Source: the human T2T-CHM13v2.0 reference genome, Homo sapiens. From it: 64,000 nt of DNA. The first letter of the stretch is position 1, and every line of letters begins with the position of its first letter. Location: assembly GCF_009914755.1 (NCBI RefSeq), contig NC_060927.1; one strand, 5' to 3'. Below are positions 38,085 to 54,600 of this stretch, in pieces. Under the pieces are notes generated by a model. That model was not told the DNA's origin, did no database searches, and worked only from the letters and a program-made list of their open reading frames with translations. A program made the position numbers and the translations under genes.

Positions 38085-39997
38085 AGCACTATTTTATACC
38101 TTCTCCTCCATTCTCAAACCTTCAACACTTGTTCCACCAACTTTACTCTGAGTTGAAGACCTTTCCTATAGTGAAACTAGAGTTCACTGAGAAAAAACAA
38201 AGTGATCAGAAGAGAAATTCCAGACTCTCCAAACCACACTCCCCACTTTTGAGCATCTGCCTCTACATTACTCAGGTGAACTACCATACCACGTTACTCA
38301 ACATGAACCCCTCTCTTCCTGACTATTCAAACATTAATCCAGTAATTCTTCCCTCTCCCTTTCTCACAGTATCATTTTCTCCCTCTCTACCAGATATTCC
38401 CCATCAGCATTTTAAAATGCTGTGATTTTTTTTCCATCTTCATAAAGAACCCTCTCAATCCCACTTCCTTTGCCAGGCCAGTGATTTCTCTATTTCTATG
38501 CTTTCCTGCAGCAAAAACCTCTTGAAATAACTGTTTACGCTTGTCATTTCCATTTCTTCTCTTGTTTTCTCTTAAACCCACTTCAATCAGGCTTTTGCCT
38601 TCACCATTCAATTTAAACTCCTCTTCTCAAGGTCACCAATGACCTTCACGTTGCCAAATCTCACAGACAAGTGTCAGTCCTCATCTTGATCTATTATCAG
38701 CATTTGACAGGGCTAATCACTCTCCTCTCTGGTACACTACACGTTGTTTACAGGCAGTCTACGTTCTTGGTTTTTATCCCATCTCACACACTGTTTTGCT
38801 CAGTCTCCTTTGTTATTTCCTCAACTTCTCCTTAGCCTCCCAATACCGGAGTACTCAGGTTCCAGCTAGCATATTATCAACATTTACTTTCTTAGTGATT
38901 ACCCAGTTTATGGACTTTAAAGTATAATTTTCCACAGCCAGACTATTACAAAAGTTATTTTTCCAGCCCAAACTATTCTTTTAATCTTTAAACTCATAAA
39001 TCTAACTGCATAGGTGGTACCTCTCCTGACTATAAGGTTAACAGACAGCTGAAACAGCCTATCCAAAATGAAACTCTCATATCACCCCCAGCACCTGCCC
39101 TACCTGCATCCTTTCACCATCTCAGTTGATTATAACTCCATCCTGGTAGTTAATAACTACCAGGATGTTAAGGACAAAATCATGGAGCCATTCCTGATGT
39201 CTCTTTTCTCCTCATACCCCACAATTAACTGATCAAGAAATCACACTACCTATATGATCAAAATATATCTAGAACCTGCCTGTTCCTCTCCTTGTTATCA
39301 TCCTGTTCTAATCCACTGGAGAGATGATTGCAATGGTCGCTTACCTGTCTCTAGTTTCTATCTTTATTCCCCTACATTTTCCCCTATTCTATTCCTGATG
39401 GAGCTGTCTAAAATGTAGACCCCCTATTTCACTCAGAATAAAGTCATTACACAGAAGTCCTGGGTAATATTTGATCTCCCCCATCCCCATACCTTTTTGA
39501 CTCCATTTCCTATAACTATCCTTCTAGCTAATGTGGCTCCAGTAACACTCCCTGCTTGGTATTCCTGTGGCCTGCCAGGCAGCTGTGGGTCATTTGCCCA
39601 GGCCCTCCTTTTAAGTAAAATGCAACTCCCTCAGATGTCCACTTGGTAAATTTCCCCACACTCTTCAGGTTTCTGCTCAAGTCTTACTTTCTCAATGACT
39701 ATCCTGACCTCCCTATTTAATACTATGACCTACTTTTACCATGACACCCAACTCTGCACCCCCAATTCCCATTAGTCTACCTTCCCTGTCCTCCATAACG
39801 GTTACTTTCTATTATACCACATAAAGTTTTTTTACAGGTACTCATCATGCGTAGTGCTAATGCCCTCTTTTTCATTTGAATCAAGCTCCATGAGCGCAGG
39901 GATATTTGTCCTTTTTGTCCACTGAGGTATCCTAAGCACCTAGGATAGTAATTGACATATAGTTGGCACTTCAAAAATTTGATGATTAATGAATTAA
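38085..39997 (+). mobile_element. Long L2 (L2a-type) fragment through to its 3' end
   Basis: ttcactgagaaaa...caaggtcaccaatgaccttcacgttgccaaatc...aagctccatgagcgcaggga...taattgacatatagttggcacttcaaaaatttgatgattaatgaat. Confidence 0.88.
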
Positions 39998-40039
39998 TTC
40001 TTAGGGCAGAATATTTGTTGTATTTAACTTTTAAAAAAT

Positions 40040-40157
40040 TTTGTGGTAAAAATTAGAGTAAGTTAAAAGGACTAATGACAAACTGGCAGGACAGATAAAG
40101 GACCAATTTCCTTTTAATACATAAAGAATTCTTACAAATTAATAAGAAAAAGGCAAA
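40040..40157 (+). mobile_element. Old L1ME ORF2 3' fragment, left part (continues at 51160-51305)
   Basis: ataaagaattcttacaaattaataagaaaaaggcaaa joins caacccaatgaacaaatg after the L1MA insertion. Confidence 0.65.
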
Positions 40158-42500
40158 GGAAGATGGCAGAGTAGGAGATCACAGCCTTCATTCCTCCCAC
40201 AGAGAGCAATAATTTGGCAGCCATTCATGAAGGTTAATAACTCTGGAAGGGCTCAGGAGTCCAAAAGATGTAGTAATACAGTAGAATAAAAAACTCAAGA
40301 ATAATTACACAAAAAGTGAAGAAAGAACAGTTTCATTTTGCCTGCATCACCCCATCCCCAGTGCTGGCACTGCTCAGCATGGAGAGTGATCTCTGGCTAG
40401 CAAGTCCCTCTCACAGACAAAGGAAGGGGAGGATGAATAAGCAGCTTCCCCAGCCTTTCAGGAACTGGCCAAATCACCCTACCCAGATCGCTGGGGAAAA
40501 TGGCAAACCTGGGACATATGGAAAAGTCTAGGAACAAAGAAGAGCAATGTGGGCTTACTGGTATCAGCTATGTTGTGAGAGTCACCACAGTTGCTATTAT
40601 TCTACTCTATACAGGACTCTGGTACATGTCTCTGCTGCATATCCCAACAACACTTACAGTTATCATGTACCCCTCTGTCGCTTTCTCCACTAGGAACCCT
40701 GCAATGTTTGCTGTTGCAGACCCCATCTGCTTGCCCCACAGAGGATCCCAGCAGCTTTTGCTAAAGAGGTAAACAATAGCTAGCACAGCCACAACAGACT
40801 TCCTATAGCCTTCACCACTGAGGGCCTTGCAGTTTTTCCTTCACAGTCACCAGGTACCTGAGGCACAATCCCTCTTCCTCCCACCTCTTCCTCCCTGGGG
40901 CCACCTCTGCTGTTGTCACAGTGAACACTCTAGCTCAGAGGACCATCACTCCTCTCTCCTTGAAGCCACCCCAGCTACTGCCACCACAGGCACCCCAGCT
41001 CAGGGTTACAGTGCAGCTACTTACACATATGACATCAAATGGCCTGGCCCTCCCATCACAGCCCCTTGACCACACCATTACTTACCTTGGCCCCCTGCCG
41101 CTGGACCAAGAGGAGCCACTAAGGACTAGAGCAGTCCTCACTGCCACTGTGGACCTCCCACAGCTCTTGCCACCAGGGATCACATAGTAGCTTATATCAC
41201 AAACCCCAGCTGCCTAAGCTGATGAGATACTGGGTGCCTCCCCAACCACAGACTTGGAGCAGCAGCATGCCCCAACATGAGGTGCCCAGAATCACTAGAC
41301 CTGATGCCACAGTGCACACCCTTTCCATCCCTTGCACATGAACCCCCATCCTTTTTTTTTTTTTTTTTTAACTAGAGCCCATCCATAAAGTCTGAAAGAC
41401 GGGATGACTTCAAATATGCAGATATCTTCACAAGACTACAATAATCAGGAATGAGAAAAGTGTGAGGAATCAGAAAAATGTGTCAACATCAAAGGAACAA
41501 AAATTCCAGGAACTGACCGTAAAGGAATGGAGGTCAACAGAAGGCCTGTCAAAGAATTCAAAATAATTATTCCAAAGAAGCTCACTGAGTTACAAGGGAA
41601 CACAGACAAATATGTTAATGAAACCAGGAAAACAATACAAGAACAAAATGAAAAGCTAAACAAAGAGAAAGCAGAAGTTTTAGATCCGATAAACACAATG
41701 ACTGAATTATGAAGTACAACTACAAAACGCAATAGAGAGCTTCAATAGCAGGCTAGATCAAGCAGAAGAAAGAAGAAGTGAATTCAAGGACAGATTATTT
41801 GAAATAGTCCAGTCAGCAGAGAAAAACATTTTTTTAAATAAAAAGGGACGAAGAAAGTTTACGGAATCAGATCTATGGAACTCCATAGATTTGCATAATA
41901 ATAGTTAGAGAAGGACATTTGCATAATAATAGTTAGAGAAGGACAAGAGAGACAGAACAGGACAGAAAGCTTATTTAAGGAAATAATGGCTGCAGACTTC
42001 CCAAGTATGAGAAACATATGACCATCCAGGTACATGAAGTTCAAAGGTCTCCATTCAAAGTCAGTCCAAAGAAGTTTACACCAAGAGACTTTATAATCAA
42101 TATGTCAAAAATCAAAGACACAATTAATTTTGAAAGAGGCAAGAGAAAATAAGGATATCGCATACAAGGGAACCCTAATAAGGCTATCAAATGTCTCAGA
42201 AAAAATCTTGCCTGGAGAGAGTGGAATTTTACATATATATTTCCCCACCATTCAAAAATTTTATAGATTAGTTGTTTTTTTTCAACTTCTATTTTAGGTT
42301 CAGGGAGTACATATGCAGATTTTTTACATGGGTAAATTGCATGTTGTGGGAGTTTGGTGTACAGATTGTTTCATTACCCAAGTAAGAAGCATAGTACCCA
42401 ATAGGTAATTTGTTATATCTTTACCCTCCTCCCACCCTCCACCCTCAAGTAGGCCCTGGAGTCTATTGTTCCTTTCTTTGTGTCCATATATACTAAATGT

Positions 42501-46599
<4,099 letters not shown>

Positions 46600-46669
46600 C
46601 GTGTTGTCAGCTGGCTGTTATGCAGACTGGATTTTGTAGTTGGTTCATAGTGACAATGGTCTATGTAAC

Positions 46670-47860
46670 TGAGTGTGTTTTTGTGGTGACTAGTAATGGT
46701 CTTTCCTTTCCATGTTTAGCATTCCCTTAAGGACCTCTTGTAAGGCAGGTGTAGTGGTAAGGAATTCCCTTAGCATTTGGTTTTCCAAAAAGGATCTTAT
46801 TTCTCCTTTACTTATGAAGCTTAGTTTGGCTGAGTATGAAATTCTTGGTTGGGATTTCTTTAAGAATGTTGAATATAGGCCCCCAATCTCTTTTGGCTGT
46901 TTCTGCTGAAAGGTCTTCTGTTAGCCTGACTGGGTTCCCCTTTCTTAGATGACCTGTTCCTTCTCTCTAGTTGCCTTTAATATTTTATCTTTCATGTTCA
47001 CTTTGGAGAATCTGATACCTATGTGTCTTGGGGATGGCCCACAGATTCTAGTACGTTGTATCTTTGTTCAAATACATCCCTAAGACACGTAGTCATCAGA
47101 TTCTCCAAGGTGAATGTGAAAGAAACCTGGGTACAGGTCTGCTGATGTACCTATAATCTTTGAAGTTGCTGTTCTTTGGATGGGGCTTTTGCTTTCATAT
47201 TTTTTGACACCATTGAGGGCTTAACTGTAGTATGGTCATCTTTTATAGTATCCTGCAGGGGTTCTCTGAATTTCCTGAATTTTAATGTTGACGTCTCTAG
47301 TGAGGTTGGGAAAATTTTCATTGACAAATATGTTTTCCAAGTTGCTTGCTCTCTCTCCCTCTGTTTCAGGGACACCAATGTGTTGTAGTTTTGGTCTCTT
47401 TACATAATTCCATATTTCTTAGAGGATTTATTCATTTTTTACATTCTTTTTTCTTTATTTTTGTGTAACTGGGTTGATTCAAAGAACCAGTTTTCAAGCT
47501 CTGATATTCTTTCCTCTGCTTGGTCGATTCTGCTGTTAATACTTCCAATTGTATTATGAAGTTCTTGTAGTGAGTCTTTCAGCTTAATCAGGATCATTTT
47601 AGTTTACTTAAAATGGATACTTCATCTTTCAGCTTTTGTATTGTACTACTGGATTCCTTAGATTCCTTGGATCAGGTTTCAACTTTCTCCTGAATATTGA
47701 TGATCTCTGTTGCCATCTAGATTCTGAATTCTATGTCTTTCATTTCAGCCATTTCAGCCTGGTTAAGAATCATTGCTAGGGAGCTACTCTGGTTGTTTGG
47801 AGCTAAGAAAACACTCTGGCTTTTTTAATTGCCATTTTTCTTGTGCTGATACTTTTTCAT
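46670..47860 (-). pseudogene. L1PA15 ORF1 remnant with a ~200-bp complex insertion
   Basis: Start-like atgaaaaagtatcagcacaag on the minus strand at 47860; decayed coiled-coil and RRM fragments. Confidence 0.7.
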
Positions 47861-48169
47861 TTGTGTAGGCTGATGTTCTTTTAATCTTTGAAGTTGCTGT
47901 TCTTTGGATGGGGCTTTTTGCTTTTATATTCTGTGATGCTATTCAGAGTTTGATTGTGGTATAAGTTGGGTTCAGTTGACTGGCTTTGTTTCTGGATGAT
48001 TTCAGGGTGCAAAGCTTAGCTTAGAACTCTGGGAGCCAGCCCACAGCTTTATTTGCTAGTCCCTTTAGGTTAAACACGTGCTGTGCTGCAGGGGCTAAGG
48101 TGTTCTTAATCAACTGGTAATAACATTCCAGGGTAGGGTCTGGGGGAGTTCCAGCCAAAGTGTTTCATT

Positions 48170-48600
48170 GTAGCAGTAGCAGCAGGGTCCACATGCATAC
48201 ACCAGTGGTGGTAGGGCAGTGGTGTGGCAGGGTATGTATACATGCACTAGCAGTGCAGCATGGTTTGCACGCACATGTGTGCTGGCGGCAGCAGTGTGGT
48301 GTGGTCCATGCATGCATGTCAGGAGTGGGGTGGCAGCATGATGGAGTCTGTGTGCATGTACCAGTGTTGGCAAGATGGTCATGTAGTTGGGTACGCACAC
48401 ATATTGGCAGCAGCAGTGGCAGTGGGGTGGTGGATTTTAAATGCATGTATTCATGCCAATGGCAGTGGGGTTGTGGGTTCCATACATGCACATGCCCACA
48501 AGGGCAGGACAGTGGTGGTGATGTTTGCATGTACACACACTGATTGTGGTTGGGTGGTGAGGTCCACACATGGACACACACCAGTGAAGCATTGGGGGAA
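48170..48600. repeat. Degenerate ~30-40-bp tandem array in the L1PA15 5' UTR
   Basis: Alternating (cagtggy/ggtgg)-rich and (catgca/cacac)-rich blocks, about a dozen units. Confidence 0.65.
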
Positions 48601-51600
48601 GACTGCAGTTGAGTGTAATCTGGCAAAGATGTGGGGGAGTGGGGAGAGTGGGTGGGTGGGTTTGCACAAGCAAAGCAGTTGTGGGAAGCCAAGGGTGGGT
48701 GCTTGCCAGTGGGGGCTTATTTGGAGAAACTCTCTGACAGTTGGTGGGTTGGGGGGGTGTCTGCCAACAAAAGAGTTATGACAGTGGCCACTGGGAAGTG
48801 TCCTGGTTGGACACCTGAGGCTTCCTTACAAGCAAGTGCAGACAGGCAGGAACCTTGGGAGAGGCCAGCAGACAGGGTGCATCCAAATCGGACTGGCCCC
48901 ATCTCAGAGGCAAGATAGCCCTGTTCTGTTGAGGTCCAACAGTCAATAAAGGACAATGCCACCTAGAGGAACGTGATGAGCCTTGGGGGATGGGCATCCC
49001 TGGCCACGCTCCATTATAGCCATTTCCATAGCAAACACTTGGATTCTGTACAGGCTGGAGTCCTCTCTCTGGCAACTCTCCAAACAGTTTTCTGTGCTAG
49101 CTCACGTGTCCATGGGGAACATGGGGTATCCTGCAGCCAGGCTTCCAGAGCTTGTGGCAAAAGTGGGCCATTCCATGCATATTTAACTCGCCCCTTTCCC
49201 AGGAGCCACTTGGGGCCAGCAACGAGTCTTGGTGGTTGACAACCCTGTGCAAGGTTCTCAGCTTCCTCTTGCTTTATGCCAGAGTCTGTGTCCTCCCCTC
49301 ATCCACTCTCAATGCCTTATGAAGATCTGCTTAAAAATGTGCCAGTCTTCTTGATGGTCTAGTCTATCAGTGGACAAAGCTCTTTCTGGCTATGTCTAGT
49401 TGGCCATCTTTTCTGCCCCCTTGACTGATTTATTTAAAGTGTTAAAAGAAAAAAACTGCCAGCCAAGAATACTTGACCCAGAAAACCTGTGCTTTAGAAA
49501 AGAGGGATAAAGACTTTCCCAGGCAAACAGAAGCTGAGGAAATTAATCACCACCAGACTTGCTTTACAAGAAATGCTAAAGAAAATTATTGAAGGTGAAA
49601 TGAAAGACCACTGGTAAGTAATATGAAAACATATGAAAGTATGTTTTCTCACCAGTAAACATTTAGTGAAATTCAAAATACTCTAGTACTGCCATGGTGG
49701 TATGTAAATCACTTTTAACTCTAGTATAAAGGTTAAAAGACATAAGACAAAAGCATTAAAATTAACTGTTAATATTAACTTGTGAATGTATACACAATAT
49801 AAAAAGATGTAAACTGTGAAATCAAAGATGTAAAATTGGGGAGGAGCAGTAAAAGTGCAGGCACTTTGTATGCAGTCAGAGTTGTTATCAGCTTAAAATG
49901 GTCTTGTGTAGCCAAAAGATGTTTTGCATAAGCACCATGGTAACCACAAAGCAAAAACCTATAGCATATACAAAAGTAAAAAAAAAAAAAAAAAGGAATA
50001 AAAGCATACCACTACAGAAAATCACCAAATCACAAAGGAAGACAGCAGGAGAGGAAGAAAGAAACAAAGGATCTACAAAAGCAACCAAAAAATTAGTAAG
50101 ATGGCGATAGTATATATCTTTACCTATCAATTATTACTTTAAATGTAAATGGACTAAGTATGCTAATCTAAAGACACAGAGTAGCTAGGTAAATAACAAA
50201 ACAAAACCCAACTATATTCTGCCTACAAAGCTAATTTCACCTGTAAGGACATACATAGACTGAAAGAGAAGGGATGGAAAAAGAGATTACATATAAATAG
50301 AAACCAAAAAAGAGCAGGAGTAGCTACACTAATATCTGAAAAAATATACTTTACAACAAAAAGTGCCACAAGAGACAAAGAAGGAGTCAATTCATCAAGA
50401 AGACATAACAACTGTCAATGTATATGCAGGCAACATGAAAACACTGAAATATACAAAGCATACGTTTATAGATCTAAAGGGGGGAATATAGGGCAATATA
50501 ATAATAGTAGGCGATGTCAGTGCCCCACTTTCAGCAATGGGCAGTTCATCCAGATAGAAAATCAAAAATGAAAAATTTGACTTAAGCACACTTTTGACTA
50601 AACGGACCTTGCAGACATATATACAGAACATTTAATCCAATGGCAGCAGAATACATAGTTTTCTCAAGTGCCTATAAAACATATTCCAAGATAAATCACA
50701 AGTTAGAACATAAAACAAGTCTTAAGAAACTGAATAAGATTGAAATCAACTCAAGTATATTTTCCAACAATAGTGGTATAAAACTAGAAATCAATAATTT
50801 AAAAACCCACAGGCAACAAAAGCAAAAATAAACAAGTGGGACTGTATCCAATTAAAAAGCTTCTGCACAGCAAAGGAAACAATCAACAAAATGAAAAGGC
50901 AGCCTACAGAATGGAAAACAATACTTTCAAACCATATAATTGATAAGGTATTTATATCCAAAATATATAAATAAAACTCACATAACTCAGTAGCAAAATA
51001 ACCCCAAATAACCTGGCTTAAAAATGGGCAGAGGGTGACTATGTGAAGTGCTAGATATATTAATTTGCATGACTACAGTAATCATTTCATATATATATCA
51101 AAACATCATCCTGTACACCATAAATACACAAAATAAAAAATAAATTTAAAAAATATATTAAAAAGGAAAACAACCCAATGAACAAATGAGAAACTTAAAA
51201 ATGGGATGTCATTGAAAAAGACTACAGCCAATGAATTAATAAAAATATGGTCAATCTCACACATAATTTAAAAAATGAAAAATAACTCAATGTTATACTT
51301 TTTCTCAGCAGAAACAACAGATGGTATATTTTTAAAAATATCAAAGATCTCATATATGAAAATTAACAGTATAAATACGTTGTTTATAAGCATTTTAGTG
51401 TTTATTAAATAGGAAAAGTTATTAGAAAACTACCAAGCAAAAATAATTACCGCAAATAAAGAGGGGGTAGAAGCAGCAGAAACAGTGGTGGAAGGCAAAA
51501 TATGTGTTGTGGGGGTGAAGGTACCCACAGAGGCAGGAGCATACCAACGACAGGAAGCTGAGCATGTGGCAGTGAGGTAGCAAGTGAAGAGAATTTGAAA

Positions 51601-54600
51601 ACTGGAAACTAGGTCTGAAGAAAGTAAAAGGCATGAATCCAAGGAGGTGAGAAGAGCACTAAAACCATTTTAGTCTGATGGCTTTTGTCAAATGAGAGCA
51701 ATAGAGCGCAGGCTGTGACAGTCTTCCAGGATTGACAGTACAGTGATCACAGCTCAGTGTAATAAGTTCAAGTTCCCCAAGGGAAATTCACTCAGGTAAA
51801 AGTGAATTGAAGTAAACCTGTATAAATACCCCCCCAGCTGACTTAAAGGAAAGTTGCCTTGAACAAGCGGATAGGGAAAGGAGTATTTATTGTGCAGAAA
51901 CCACTCCCCGCAAAATTCAAGGCTACAGGTAGACCAACAAGCTACTATGTGGCAAAAATTCACATCACCTTTGTAGTCCTGCAAACTTCATGAAGAGTTT
52001 AGGTAAATGTAGTCCCTGACAATAAGTGCCCATTGGTACCTAAAAGTAGTAACACAAAGGCTCTGTGGATGAAAACACTTTAATCTACAACACAAAGAAT
52101 GCTCACAAATAATTTTCTATTGCCAACATGTTCAAATAAGCCTATAGGGAAACAAGCCACCACGATAAAGAAGTAGGGGAGAAAAGGGTAACAACAAACC
52201 AACAGAAACAAACTCACAACTTCAGAAATTTGTATAAGTTATTCCTTTTAAATATCAGACTAGCAAATATTCAAATGCTGATGAATTCCAGAGTTGATAA
52301 AGCTGAAAAGAAATAGACATTTTCAGTTAACACTGAGAAAAATGGCAGATAGGGAGCAGGACTAATTTGCAGCACCAACTCGGACAGACAGAGCAGCATG
52401 TGGAGACTCGCGTTGCTAACTTTTGCTCCAAGAACTTCCACAGGAACATACCAGGAAAGCTGAGAGAATCCACAGACCCTTTGAAGGAAGCAGTTTGCCA
52501 CCAAAGGCACCGTGAGACAGCCGAAAGATGGTGAGTGCCCAAAGTATAAGAGGGGGAACATCCACCTCTGAACACACGTCCTCACTGGGGAAACTGAAGG
52601 TCCAGATCACAAAAGAAGGATTTGACCTTTCCTGGAGCTGAGACAAACGTTTAGACAGTGAAATAGCACTCTCAGTCCCCAGGGAAGCCATTCCTGACTT
52701 TGTCTCACAGGGGTCCTTGGGGAGGGCCAGTGGAATTGGGAAAAGACCACAGGGAGAAGGAAACTTTCAGGTGAACTTTGTAACAATTTCACTTGAATGC
52801 AAACTTTCCTGGACAGAATCTGGGGGAGGGGGTGAACAGGGAGTACAGACACAAGTACAGAAACTGTGGCAGGCAGAAAGGCACCCAAACTGAAATTCCT
52901 GCTAGCTTTCCCTGTGGAGGCGCTTGGAGCCTGGGGCAGGTTCTTAGCCCTGCTCACTGGCTGCCTGGAAATAAACTTGGTGCTGTTGTAGGGGCATGGT
53001 GGGAGTGAGACTGGCCTTTCGGGCTGTGTGGGAGCTGGGTGAGACCTGTCACTGCTGGCTTTCCCCCACTTCCCTGGTAATCTCTATGACGCAGCAGAAG
53101 ACAGATTCTTTTGTTCCACGAGGTGCCCATAATCCCTCTCAAACATAACTCCAGTGGCCTGAGAAACACACCTCCATCTCCCACAGTAGCTGCAGCAAGC
53201 TCCGCACAGAGAGTCTGAGCTCAGACATGCCTAATCCTACCACAACCTGATGGTCTTACTCTAGCTGCCTGAAAGCCGAAGATAAAGGACCTAATCTCTT
53301 GGGAACTGTATGGCCCCAAAGACCACCTGAGAAACCTGAATACTTATCCAGGCGACCCTAGGGCAAGTTTGAACCCTTCCTATACTACCTCAGCTGATGC
53401 TCTCTTGAAAGCTCTACCTCCTGGCTAGAGGCCAACCAACACAAAACCAGTGCACTAAACAAAACTACAACCAAGGACCCTCGGACAGTCCACTTTACTC
53501 CCCTGCTACCTTCACCACAGTAGGTGCTGGTATCCACAGCTGAGAGACCTGAAGATGGATCACATCAGAGCACTCTCTGCAGACACTCCTCAGTACCAGC
53601 CTGGAGCACAACAGCTCTGCTGAGTGACTAGACCCAGAAGAGAAATAATCACTGCAGTTCAGCTCTCAGGAAGCCCCATCCATAGGGGAAGGGGGAGAGC
53701 ACCACATCAAAGGAGCACCCCATGGGACAAAAGAATCTGAGCAATATCCCTTGAGCCCCAGATCCTCCCTGTGACATAGTTTAGCCAAATGAGAAGGAAC
53801 CAGAAAAACATTTCTGGTAATATGACAAAACAAGGTTCTTTAATACCCCAAAAAGATCACACTAGCTCACCAGCAATGGATCCAAACCAAGAAGAAATCT
53901 CTGAATTGCCAGAAAAAGAATTCAGGAGGTGGATTATTAGGCTACTCAAAGAGGCACCAGAGAAAGGTGAATACCAACTTAAAGAAAAAAAAAAAGATAC
54001 AGGATATAGATATGGAAAATCTCCAGAGAAATAAATAGCATAAGTAAAAAAAATCACAACTTCTGGAATTGAAGGACACACTTAAAGAAATGCAAAATAA
54101 CACTGGAAAATCTTAGCAATAGAATCAAACAAGTAAAAGAAATAACTTCAGAACTTGAAAAAATGCTTTGAATTAACCCAATCCACAGAGAAAGAAAAAA
54201 GAATTTAAAAATGAACAAAGCCTCCAAGAAGTTTGGGATTATGTTAAATGAGCAAACCTAAAAATAACTGGTGTTCCCGAGGAAAAAGAGAAATCTAAAA
54301 GTTTGGAAAACATATTTGAGGGAATAATCAAGGAAAACTTCCCCAATCTCGCTAAAGATCTAGACGTCCAAATAAAAGAAGCTCAAAGAATGCCTGGGAA
54401 ATTTATTGCAAAAGGATCATCACCTAAGCACATAGTCATCATGAAGTCGAGATGAAGGGAAGAATCTTAACAGCTGTGAAGCAAAAGCATCAGGTAATCT
54501 ATAAAGAAAAACTCATCAGATTAACAAAAGAAACCCTACAAGCTAGAAGGGATTAGGGTCCTATCTTTAGCTTTCCTAAACAGAACAATTATCAACCAAG

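Noticed and set aside
41345-41384. Poly(T)18 flanked by cccatcc repeats, suggesting a tiny retro-insertion
   Set aside because: The right-hand sequence (actagagcccatccataaagtctg) fits the L1MA host itself and there is no endonuclease-type target; more likely an expanded T-run
48110-48781. Overlapping 96-175 aa His/Cys/Pro-rich ORFs
   Set aside because: Artefact of the stop-poor tandem array in the L1 5' UTR
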